Part shown: one piece after another, positions 55,821-64,000 of the stretch
How positions within the stretch are numbered: position 1 is the first letter of the stretch
Layout: each line of letters begins with the position of its first letter
NCBI RefSeq assembly: GCF_913773725.1
Contig: NZ_CAJYGK010000050.1
Location: 11,962 to 75,961 of the forward strand
Source of the DNA: an uncultured Aquabacterium sp.
GTDB lineage: Bacteria; Pseudomonadota; Gammaproteobacteria; Burkholderiales; Burkholderiaceae_C
Length of the DNA stretch: 64,000 nt
Direction: 5' to 3'
Program-made: the position numbers and the translations under genes
Notes under the pieces: model-generated
What the model was told of the DNA's origin: nothing
What the model saw: the letters and a program-made list of their open reading frames with translations, nothing else
Databases searched by the model: none

Positions 55821-57008
55821 ATGGCACACGCACCCCAAGTCAAGATCCCGGCCACCTACATCCGCGGCGGCACCAGCAAGGGCGTCTTCTTCCGCCTGCA
55901 GGACCTGCCCGCAGCCTGCCAGGTTCCCGGCGAAGCGCGCGACAAGCTGTTCCTGCGCGTCATCGGCAGCCCCGACCCGTACGCGGCCCACATCGACGGC
56001 ATGGGCGGCGCCACGTCCAGCACCAGCAAGTGCGTGATCCTGTCGAAGGCCAGCCAGCCCGACCACGATGTGGACTACCTCTATGGCCAGATCTCGATCG
56101 ACAAGCCCTTCGTGGACTGGTCCGGCAACTGCGGCAACCTGTCCACCGCCGCGGGCGCCTTCGCGATCCACGCCGGCCTGGTCGACCCGGCCCGCATCCC
56201 GCAGAACGGCACGGCCGTGGTTCGCATCTGGCAGGCCAACATCGGCAAGACCATCATCGCGCACGTGCCCGTCACCAACGGCCAGGTGCAGGAAACCGGC
56301 GATTTCGAGCTCGATGGCGTGACCTTCCCGGCCGCTGAGATCGTGCTCGAGTTCATGGACCCATCCGACGATGGCGACGAAGGCGGCTCGATGTTCCCGA
56401 CCGGCAACCTGGTCGATGACCTTCTCGTTCCGGGCGTGGGCACACTGAAGGCAACGATGATCACGGCGGGCATTCCCACGGTCTTCGTCAATGCCAAGGA
56501 CATCGGCTACACCGGTACGGAACTGCGCGAGCAGATCAACAGCGACCCCGAAGCACTCAAGCGGTTCGAGGCGATCCGTGTGGCGGGTGCCCTGCGCATG
56601 GGCCTGATCAAGACCCCCGAAGAAGCCGCCACGCGCCAGCACACGCCCAAGATCGCCTTCGTCGCACCACCTCAGTCCTATGCCGCGTCCAGTGGCAAGA
56701 CGATCGAAGCCGGCGACATCGACCTGCTGGTGCGCGCGCTGTCGATGGGCAAGCTGCACCACGCGATGATGGGCACCTGCGCCGTCGCCATCGGCACCGC
56801 CGCAGCCATCCCGGGCACCCTGGTCAACCAGGCGGCCGGCGGCGGCGAACGCGAAGCCGTGCGCTTCGGCCACCCTTCCGGCACCCTGCGCGTCGGCGCC
56901 CAGGCAAAGCAGGTCGACGGGCAGTGGACGGTCACCAAGGCCATCATGAGCCGCAGCGCGCGCATCATCATGGAAGGCTGGGTGCGCGTGCCGGGCGACA
57001 CCTTCTGA
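55821..57008 (+). CDS. prpF: 2-methylaconitate cis-trans isomerase
   Basis: YIRGGTSKGVFF, GMGGATSSTSK, WSGNCGNL, HHAMMGT, RSARIIMEG. Confidence 0.96.
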   Translation: MAHAPQVKIPATYIRGGTSKGVFFRLQDLPAACQVPGEARDKLFLRVIGSPDPYAAHIDGMGGATSSTSKCVILSKASQPDHDVDYLYGQISIDKPFVDWSGNCGNLSTAAGAFAIHAGLVDPARIPQNGTAVVRIWQANIGKTIIAHVPVTNGQVQETGDFELDGVTFPAAEIVLEFMDPSDDGDEGGSMFPTGNLVDDLLVPGVGTLKATMITAGIPTVFVNAKDIGYTGTELREQINSDPEALKRFEAIRVAGALRMGLIKTPEEAATRQHTPKIAFVAPPQSYAASSGKTIEAGDIDLLVRALSMGKLHHAMMGTCAVAIGTAAAIPGTLVNQAAGGGEREAVRFGHPSGTLRVGAQAKQVDGQWTVTKAIMSRSARIIMEGWVRVPGDTF

Positions 57009-57221
57009 TCCCTCCGGCAGGACACGCCCCTCGCCCCGGGGGGCACGGCTTTCCACATGGCGTGATCCCGCGCACGGCCCGAGGGGTCTTGCGGTGTGCC
57101 GAAGCGGTCTTTCGGTGGCAATATCACGGGTGGCGTGCTGACTGCGATCGGGGAGGTTCCCCGCCCGTGCGGTCCGGCCCCGTCAACACCTGAATCACCC
57201 GCTGCCAGCCCCCCGCCTGCC

Positions 57222-57758
57222 ATGACCGCCTCCCTTCGTCACGCTCAGCGCATCCGCACCTTCGCCGTGTCTGCCGGCATCATGCTGGGCATGGCCCTGG
57301 CCACCCTGGCGCCGCAACTCGGTCATGCGGCCGAGGTGAAAAAGACCAAGCGCACGCTGGTCGAGAAGATTGTGGCGCTGCCCGAAGCCACCGTGGAGCA
57401 GCTGCAGGCCGCCGAGCGCGTGCTGATCGGCAAGTACCAGTGCGAATTCGGCAAGGCCGTGCAGATCGACCGGCATGCCCGCAACGATGGCTACTTCGAC
57501 CTGCGCCTCGGCCAGCAATCCTGGACGATGAAGCCCGTGCTGTCGTCGACCGGGGCCGTGCGCCTGGAGGACGTCAAGGGCGCGGCGCTGATGATCCAGA
57601 TCCTCACCAAATCGATGCTGATGGACCCGAAGCGTGGCCAGCGCCTGGTGGATGGCTGTGTGCATGACACGCAGCGGGCCGCCGAAGAGGACCTGCGCCG
57701 CAACCCGCGCCCCTCGGTCTTCGGCCTGAACAGCGACACGCCGGCCGACGGCAAGTGA
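57222..57758 (+). CDS. Secreted hypothetical protein, possibly MliC-like fold
   Basis: Signal peptide ending GHA-A; YQCEFG...SSTGAVRLED...DGC with two Cys. Confidence 0.7.
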   Translation: MTASLRHAQRIRTFAVSAGIMLGMALATLAPQLGHAAEVKKTKRTLVEKIVALPEATVEQLQAAERVLIGKYQCEFGKAVQIDRHARNDGYFDLRLGQQSWTMKPVLSSTGAVRLEDVKGAALMIQILTKSMLMDPKRGQRLVDGCVHDTQRAAEEDLRRNPRPSVFGLNSDTPADGK

Positions 57759-57763
57759 CAACC

Positions 57764-57795
57764 CAGCCGGACACCTGTCCGGCTGTTTGCTTTCT
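57764..57795 (+). terminator. Terminator after the secreted protein gene
   Basis: CAGCCGGACA-CC-TGTCCGGCTG followed by TTTGCTTTCT. Confidence 0.65.
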
Positions 57796-57946
57796 GGGGG
57801 CCGTCAAGCCACTGGTTTCCCCTGAAGAACAGCACAAAGCCCAGCGGAATTGATGCTCAACGGCCGCGCCTCGGCACGAGATCCACACATTTTCGGCCTG
57901 CGGTGTGGCTTTCCTTCCGCTCCTGGGGGAAAATAGCGAATTGTGC

Positions 57947-57966
57947 GAAGTCTTATAGAAGACTTC
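57947..57966. promoter_or_regulatory. Second GntR/SdhR-type palindrome, upstream of acnB
   Basis: GAAGTCTT-ATAG-AAGACTTC; 15 of 18 positions match the mdh operator. Confidence 0.7.
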
Positions 57967-58046
57967 CTGCCCCGGGTCGAGCAGCACACCCGTTCTGCCC
58001 ACCGCGGTGAATCCTTTTCCGTCCCCGCCCCACAAAGGTGATCTTC

Positions 58047-60641
58047 ATGTTGCAAGCCTACCGTCAACACGTTGCCGAGCGCGCCGCGCTGGGCATCCCC
58101 CCGCTGCCCCTGTCGGCCCAGCAAGTCGCCGAGCTGATCGAGCTGATCAAGAATCCGCCGGCCGGCGAAGACGCTTTCCTGCTCGACCTGCTGACCCATC
58201 GCGTGCCGCCGGGCGTGGACGACGCCGCCAAGGTGAAGGCTTCCTTCCTGTCGGCCGTCGCCCATGGTGACCTGGCCGTGGCCCTGATCTCGAAGGCCAA
58301 GGCCACCGAGCTGCTGGGCACCATGGTCGGTGGCTACAACGTCAAGCCGCTGATCGACCTGCTGTCGGACGCCGAAGTCGGCACCGTGGCCGCCGAAGCC
58401 CTGAAGAAGACCCTGCTGATGTTCGACGCGTTCCACGACGTGGCCGAACTGGTCAAGGCCGGCAACGCCAACGCCAAGGCCGTGATGCAGTCGTGGGCCG
58501 ACGCCGAGTGGTTCACCAGCCGTCCGGAAGTCGCCAAGAAGATCACCGTGACCGTGTTCAAGGTGCCTGGCGAAACCAACACCGACGACCTGTCGCCCGC
58601 TCCCGATGCCTGGAGCCGTCCTGACATCCCGCTGCACTATCTGGCGATGCTCAAGAACACCCGTCCTGACGCGGCCTTCAAGCCCGAAGAAGACGGCAAG
58701 CGCGGCCCGATCCAGTTCATCGAAGACCTGAAGAAGAAGGGCAACCTGGTGGCCTACGTCGGCGACGTGGTCGGCACCGGCTCGTCGCGCAAGTCCGCCA
58801 CCAACAGCGTGATCTGGGCCACCGGCGAAGACATCCCCTTCGTGCCCAACAAGCGCTTCGGCGGCGTGACCCTGGGTGGCAAGATCGCCCCCATCTTCTT
58901 CAACACGCAAGAAGACTCTGGCTCCCTGCCCATCGAAGTGGACGTGTCCAAGATGGAAATGGGCGATGTCATCGACATCTTCCCCTATGACGGCAAGATC
59001 GAGAAGAACGGCGAAGTCATCGCCAACTTCCAACTGAAGTCGCAAGTGCTGCTGGACGAAGTCCAGGCTGGTGGCCGTATCAATCTGATCATCGGCCGCT
59101 CGCTGACCAGCAAGGCTCGTGAGTTCCTGGGCCTGCCCGCCTCCACCGTCTTCCGCCTGCCCCAGGCACCGGTCGACAGCGGCAAGGGCTTCACCCTGGC
59201 ACAGAAGATGGTCGGCCGCGCCTGCGGTCTGCCAGAAGGCAAGGGCGTGCGTCCGGGCACCTACTGCGAGCCCAAGATGACCACCGTTGGTTCGCAGGAC
59301 ACCACCGGCCCGATGACCCGTGACGAGCTGAAGGACCTGGCTTGCCTGGGCTTCTCGGCCGACCTGGTCATGCAGTCGTTCTGCCACACCGCGGCTTATC
59401 CGAAGCCCGTGGACGTGAAGATGCACCGCGAACTGCCCGCCTTCATCTCGAACCGCGGCGGCGTGGCCCTGCGTCCGGGCGACGGCGTGATCCACTCGTG
59501 GCTGAACCGCATGCTGTTGCCCGACACCGTCGGCACCGGTGGCGACTCGCACACCCGCTTCCCGATCGGCATCTCCTTCCCCGCTGGTTCGGGCCTGGTC
59601 GCCTTCGGCGCCGCCACCGGCGTGATGCCGCTGGACATGCCTGAGTCGGTGCTGGTGCGCTTCAAGGGCCAAATGCAGCCTGGCGTCACCCTGCGTGACC
59701 TGGTGCATGCCATCCCCTTGTACGCCATCAAGGCTGGTCTGCTGACCGTGGCCAAGGCCGGCAAGAAGAACATCTTCTCGGGCCGCATCCTGGAAATCGA
59801 AGGTCTGCCTGACCTGAAGGTCGAGCAAGCGTTCGAGTTGTCTGACGCTTCCGCTGAGCGTTCGGCTGCTGGTTGCACCATCAAGCTGAACAAGGAGCCC
59901 GTGGCCGAGTACCTGAAGTCGAACATCGTTCTGATGAAGAACATGATCGCCAACGGTTACCAGGACGCCCGCACCCTGGAGCGCCGCATCAAGGCCCAGG
60001 AAGCTTGGTTGGCCAACCCCAACCTGCTGGAAGCCGATGCCGACGCGGAATACGCTGCCGTCATCGAGATCGACCTGAACGACATCAAGGAGCCGATCGT
60101 CTGCTGCCCGAACGACCCGGACGACGCCAAGTTCCTGTCCGAAGTCGCTGGCACCAAGATCGACGAAGCCTTCATCGGTTCGTGCATGACCAACATCGGT
60201 CACTTCCGCGCCGCCGGCAAGCTGCTGGAAGGCAAGAAGGACATCCCGGTGCGTCTGTGGGTGGCACCGCCCACCAAGATGGACGCCGCCGAGCTGACCA
60301 AGGAAGGCTACTACAACACCTTCGGCCAAGCCGGTGCCCGCACCGAAATGCCGGGCTGCTCGCTGTGCATGGGTAACCAGGCTCAGATCAAGGAAGGCTC
60401 GACCTGTATCTCCACGTCGACCCGTAACTTCCCGAACCGCCTGGGCAAGAACACCAACGTGTTCCTGGGCTCGGCCGAACTGACCGCCGTCGCGTCCAAG
60501 CTGGGCAAGCTGCCGACCCCGGCCGAGTACATGGCTGAAATCGGTGTGGTGGCCAAGGATGCCGACAACGTCTACAAGTACATGAACTTCAACCAGATTG
60601 AAGAGTACGTGGAGACGGCCAAGTCGGTCAGCGCCGCCTGA
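58047..60641 (+). CDS. acnB: Aconitate hydratase 2 / 2-methylisocitrate dehydratase
   Basis: [54 protein letters not shown]. Confidence 0.97.
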   Translation: MLQAYRQHVAERAALGIPPLPLSAQQVAELIELIKNPPAGEDAFLLDLLTHRVPPGVDDAAKVKASFLSAVAHGDLAVALISKAKATELLGTMVGGYNVKPLIDLLSDAEVGTVAAEALKKTLLMFDAFHDVAELVKAGNANAKAVMQSWADAEWFTSRPEVAKKITVTVFKVPGETNTDDLSPAPDAWSRPDIPLHYLAMLKNTRPDAAFKPEEDGKRGPIQFIEDLKKKGNLVAYVGDVVGTGSSRKSATNSVIWATGEDIPFVPNKRFGGVTLGGKIAPIFFNTQEDSGSLPIEVDVSKMEMGDVIDIFPYDGKIEKNGEVIANFQLKSQVLLDEVQAGGRINLIIGRSLTSKAREFLGLPASTVFRLPQAPVDSGKGFTLAQKMVGRACGLPEGKGVRPGTYCEPKMTTVGSQDTTGPMTRDELKDLACLGFSADLVMQSFCHTAAYPKPVDVKMHRELPAFISNRGGVALRPGDGVIHSWLNRMLLPDTVGTGGDSHTRFPIGISFPAGSGLVAFGAATGVMPLDMPESVLVRFKGQMQPGVTLRDLVHAIPLYAIKAGLLTVAKAGKKNIFSGRILEIEGLPDLKVEQAFELSDASAERSAAGCTIKLNKEPVAEYLKSNIVLMKNMIANGYQDARTLERRIKAQEAWLANPNLLEADADAEYAAVIEIDLNDIKEPIVCCPNDPDDAKFLSEVAGTKIDEAFIGSCMTNIGHFRAAGKLLEGKKDIPVRLWVAPPTKMDAAELTKEGYYNTFGQAGARTEMPGCSLCMGNQAQIKEGSTCISTSTRNFPNRLGKNTNVFLGSAELTAVASKLGKLPTPAEYMAEIGVVAKDADNVYKYMNFNQIEEYVETAKSVSAA

Positions 60642-60690
60642 ACGGGGCGGCCGCCCCGCACAACCGAGCAGTGAAGCCCGGTTGAACTCG

Positions 60691-60724
60691 ACCCGCCTCG
60701 GCTCTCGGGCCCAGGCGGGTTTTT
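60691..60724 (+). terminator. Terminator after acnB
   Basis: ACCCGCCT...AGGCGGGT followed by TTTT. Confidence 0.8.
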
Positions 60725-60757
60725 CATGCCCTCCGGGTCGCCGACCTCATGGTCAGG

Positions 60758-61432
60758 TCAGCCCCCTTGCATCGCGGCCGCTGCAGCCCGCAGCCGCCCC
60801 CACTCCAGCGTGAGTCGATCGGTGCGTGCGGCCTCACCAGACTCCGCATCGCGAACAAGGCCCCTCACCCTGGCCTGAGCCTCGGCGATGCCCAGATCCC
60901 CCCGGCGGACCCGCTCGGGCATTTCTGCGAGCACCCATTCGGCCAGTTCTCGGCGAAGCGGCAGAGGGTCTCCAGGACCGAGCTTCTCCCAGCGCTCCAG
61001 TTGCTTGTGAAAATGGAGCACGTGGACCAGTCGGGTGAGCTCTGCCTCCGGGTGGGCGTGCTGTCCCGCAACGCCCTTGAGCATCGCCCACTCGACATCT
61101 GACACATAGTCCGGACGTGAGGTAACCACGGCGTGGTGTTCGCTCCGACGCAAGGGCTGCGAGGACAAGCGAGCCACTGCTGCCGCCTGCTGAGCCTCGA
61201 GTTGGACGGCATCCAGTGGCGCCAGCGACTGAGGGCCAGGCGCGGACGACCGCCCATGCAGCGCAGGGGAGTCAGTCGGCGCCGCCTGGGCACGCGCGGC
61301 AGGGATACCCGCTTCACGAACGAGCAGGCCTGATGGGCTGGTGTACATCCAGACCGACAGCATGGCCAGTGTCAGCAGTCCGACGCCCAGCACGGAGTTT
61401 CTCCAGCTGCGCGCAGGTTGGACAACAATCAT
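60758..61432 (-). CDS. Membrane-anchored helical hypothetical protein downstream of the lipase
   Basis: 224 aa; N-terminal TM (VLGVGLLTLAMLSVWMY), Pro/Ala linker, charged helical C-terminal part. Confidence 0.65.
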   Translation of the reverse strand: MIVVQPARSWRNSVLGVGLLTLAMLSVWMYTSPSGLLVREAGIPAARAQAAPTDSPALHGRSSAPGPQSLAPLDAVQLEAQQAAAVARLSSQPLRRSEHHAVVTSRPDYVSDVEWAMLKGVAGQHAHPEAELTRLVHVLHFHKQLERWEKLGPGDPLPLRRELAEWVLAEMPERVRRGDLGIAEAQARVRGLVRDAESGEAARTDRLTLEWGRLRAAAAAMQGG

Positions 61433-61510
61433 GATGCACCCCCTTCAAGGCAAAGGGCCGCGGCTGCCCACAAAGCAGCCGCGGCTGGTCACACTCCGGT
61501 CAGGCCGGGA

Positions 61511-63301
61511 TCAGTAACGGGTCGGTGCCGGCGGCACCACGGTGAAGCTGAAGGTCTGTCCGTCGCCCGACACCAGGGAAGACAGGATGGCCGACACGCT
61601 GCAGCCCTTGAACTGAGGGAATCGGGTCGTTCCGTTGAAGGTCAGGCTGCCACCGCCCAGTGCAGAAACCGGCCCTTCGAAGTTCAGCGGGAACTCGACG
61701 GGCGTCACCGTCTTGCACGGCGCGATCGGGATGCCGGCCAGCGAGGTGATGGTGATGTCGGCCTTTGCCATGCCGCGCACCTTGAGCGTACCGGCCGTGT
61801 CCAGCTCGGCCGTGCCCGTTGTGTCGCCCACTGGCGTGATGCGCATGCCCACCCCGGCACCGATGCCCGCGATCTTGATCGGGGCGGTGAAATCGGGCAC
61901 AGAGAGGTTGCCTTTCAGCGTCTTCGCCGTGATGTCGGTGTCCGCCGTGAAGGTCGACTTCTCGGGCAGGGTCACCGTCTGAGCCAGCGTCTTCAGGCCC
62001 ACCGTGGCCACGAGCTTCCAGGCGTCGAGCGACACCACGAAGTTGCCTCCGGGCGGATTCGCGGTCGACTTCGGCTCGGCGGCCAGCGTCAAGCAGGAGC
62101 CACTGGTGGACTTGCCGGCCACGCGGTCCGTCAGCCAGGACAGCGCGTAAGGCGCGGCCTGGAACTGCGTGGCGATGTGCTCGCTCGGATAGACGTCGAA
62201 GGTGACATTGGCCCACTTGCTGCAGTACTTCTTCTTCAGCGCCACGGCCTGGTCGATCGGGATGAACTCGTCGGCCTTGCCGTGGTACTGGTACAGCGGC
62301 ACGGGGATCTTGTCAGCACCGAGGTTCTGCGCCTTCAGCGTGGCGCTGACCGACGGGATCTGCTCGAGCTGCTGCAGGGTCTGGTTGCCGACCGTGAACT
62401 CGGACAGCCGCTTGTTCATCAGGTCGAACAAGGCCTCGAACACACACTCGTCCTTGCCGCGCGCGATGGTGGCCTTGCCCAGGTCGTTGGCAAGTTCGTT
62501 GATGGGGATGCCTTCCGGGTACTCTTCCGACAGCCCCACCACACCGGCCAGCAGGAACGACGAACCGAAGCTGCCATCCAGGTAGGCCGCCGTGCGGCTG
62601 AAGTCGGCCGGGACACCGCCCGCGGCCACGCCGACCAGGTTGATCTCGGGTGCATAGGCGGCCTTGCGCTGACCGGCCCAGGCAGCGCTCTGGCCACCCT
62701 GCGAGAAGCCCCAGATCACGGCTTTGGTGTTGGCGGCGATGCCAGCCGTCGGAAGCTGAGAAGCTGCCCGGATGATGTCGAGCACGGCATGAGCCTGCGA
62801 TGCGCCCGCCAGATAGGTCGGGGTGGCGTTGTTGGTGTAGCCGTAGTAGTCGGTCACCAGCACGGCATAACCAGCCTTCAGGGCGGCGACGATGTTGGCC
62901 GTCTCGTAGTCCGTGCCCTTGCTCAGTTGCAGGGACGGTGCGCAGCGCTGCGCCAGACCGTGGGTGCCCACGGCATACGACAGCACCGGGCGGGTGCCAC
63001 TGCCCGACCAGGGCGCTGTCGGCACGATCACCGTGCCGGTCACGATGTTGGGGGCGCCCTTCGAGTTGGTGGACTCGTACTTCACGTTCCAGGCGCCATG
63101 GCCCGGTGCGTTCCTGCCGAGGTTCAGCGTCGTGGGCCGGTAGGACAGCAACTCCCCCGCCCGGGCAGTGGGCGCAGGCGCATCGTAGAAGCTCATGTCG
63201 CCCGGGCCGACGGCCGGAGCAGCATGGGCGGCTCCTGTGGCCACCAGCGCGGCGGCAAGCGGAACCAGCATCAAGGAAAGATGGGGCAGGGTGTGTTTCA
63301 T
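61511..63301 (-). CDS. Secreted LIP-family (secretory lipase) hydrolase with C-terminal beta-rich domain
   Basis: Signal peptide AAHA-A; YAVGTHG...CAPS, VLVTDY, WGFSQGG nucleophile, HGKADEFIP, SEH; about 170-aa Thr/Gly-rich tail; start MKHTLP at 63301. Confidence 0.85.
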   Translation of the reverse strand: MKHTLPHLSLMLVPLAAALVATGAAHAAPAVGPGDMSFYDAPAPTARAGELLSYRPTTLNLGRNAPGHGAWNVKYESTNSKGAPNIVTGTVIVPTAPWSGSGTRPVLSYAVGTHGLAQRCAPSLQLSKGTDYETANIVAALKAGYAVLVTDYYGYTNNATPTYLAGASQAHAVLDIIRAASQLPTAGIAANTKAVIWGFSQGGQSAAWAGQRKAAYAPEINLVGVAAGGVPADFSRTAAYLDGSFGSSFLLAGVVGLSEEYPEGIPINELANDLGKATIARGKDECVFEALFDLMNKRLSEFTVGNQTLQQLEQIPSVSATLKAQNLGADKIPVPLYQYHGKADEFIPIDQAVALKKKYCSKWANVTFDVYPSEHIATQFQAAPYALSWLTDRVAGKSTSGSCLTLAAEPKSTANPPGGNFVVSLDAWKLVATVGLKTLAQTVTLPEKSTFTADTDITAKTLKGNLSVPDFTAPIKIAGIGAGVGMRITPVGDTTGTAELDTAGTLKVRGMAKADITITSLAGIPIAPCKTVTPVEFPLNFEGPVSALGGGSLTFNGTTRFPQFKGCSVSAILSSLVSGDGQTFSFTVVPPAPTRY

Positions 63302-63584
63302 GTGAAAGGTCCTCTGGGAATCAGTCAGGGGCCGGAGCGTCAAGACAGACCGCCCGGAGCCCATTCAGTCTGCTTTCCCCACTCGAAAGCCGATCGCGGG
63401 TTAACGATAGCCATCCAACGCCAATCATTCACGTGAGGGGCGAGATCAGGGCGGAACACCCGCCAGCGCGCTGGGGTTTGCCCCTGGGACATGCGGTCTC
63501 GGCGTCTGCGCGGCATCCGGGGACGAAGCGGCCGGATAATCGCGGTCTTTGGACCTTCCCGGTCGCCCCTCGCCGACCTGCTCC

Positions 63585-64000
63585 ATGCGCAATACCTCTT
63601 CCGCAGCCCTCCGCGGCAACCGCGGCTTCGTCCTCCTGGCGGTGCTCGGCACCGTGGCGGCGATCGTCGCGGCCTTGCTCGTCACGGTGGCCGTGCTGTA
63701 CCCCCAGTTGCCCGACACCAGCTCCCTGTCGAATTACCAGCCGAAACAGCCTTTGCGGGTGTACACCGCCGATGGCGTCGAGATCGGCGGGTTCGGCAGT
63801 GAGAAGCGGCAATACCTCAAGATCGACCAGATCCCGAAGCTGATGCGCGACAGCCTGCTGGCCGTCGAGGACTCGCGCTTTTACGAGCACCCGGGCGTGG
63901 ACGTCATCGGCGTGCTGCGGGCGGTGGTATCCAATGTCACCGGGGGCCGCACGCAAGGCGCCTCGACAATCACGCAGCAGGTGGCGCGCACGTTCTTCCT
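63585..64000 (+). CDS. mrcA: Penicillin-binding protein 1A, N-terminal part (runs off window edge)
   Basis: Manual translation: TM segment, LPDTSSLSNYQP, AVEDSRFYEHPGVD, QGASTITQQVAR transglycosylase motifs; may be a PBP1A paralog. Confidence 0.85.
   Translation, partial: MRNTSSAALRGNRGFVLLAVLGTVAAIVAALLVTVAVLYPQLPDTSSLSNYQPKQPLRVYTADGVEIGGFGSEKRQYLKIDQIPKLMRDSLLAVEDSRFYEHPGVDVIGVLRAVVSNVTGGRTQGASTITQQVARTFF

Noticed and set aside
63302-63430. c-di-GMP or other riboswitch in the lipase leader
   Set aside because: Only short stems (GCTTTC/GAAAGC, CAGAC/GTCTG); no GEMM consensus.

Overview
High-GC betaproteobacterial chromosome segment (Burkholderiales; an Aquabacterium/Ideonella-like host is my inference from gene order and protein sequences). 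It is mostly core genome: fbp (5' part)-pepN-prfB (programmed frameshift), a membrane c-di-GMP PAS/GAF/GGDEF/EAL protein, a thioesterase-CHR-CHR-GNAT operon, waaA, PMM/PGM, gltX plus a duplicated tRNA Ala-Glu-Asp block, the leuCDB-asd-fimV-truA-trpFBA-accD-folC-dedD-cvpA-purF-metZ run, sdhCDAB-sdhE-gltA with a GntR regulator and mdh, the methylcitrate cluster prpR/prpBC-acnD-prpF, acnB, a secreted LIP-family lipase with a partner gene, and the start of a PBP1A gene. The best candidate for an undescribed system is a translationally coupled three-gene cassette (shortened ABC/AAA ATPase with a DUF3696-like tail + PIN-like nuclease + minimal ATP-dependent RNA ligase) at 53724-55800. It sits between acnD and prpF, is flanked by a 10-bp direct repeat (TGACCTCTCC) and is preceded by two hairpins; it could be a cut-and-repair RNA conflict/defence module. 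Also notable: a DUF5666-like lipoprotein gene apparently broken by three simple-sequence frameshifts, and a palindromic GntR operator with copies before mdh and acnB. I saw no CRISPR array, integrase, transposase or rRNA. All family assignments come from motif recognition by eye; no database searches were run.
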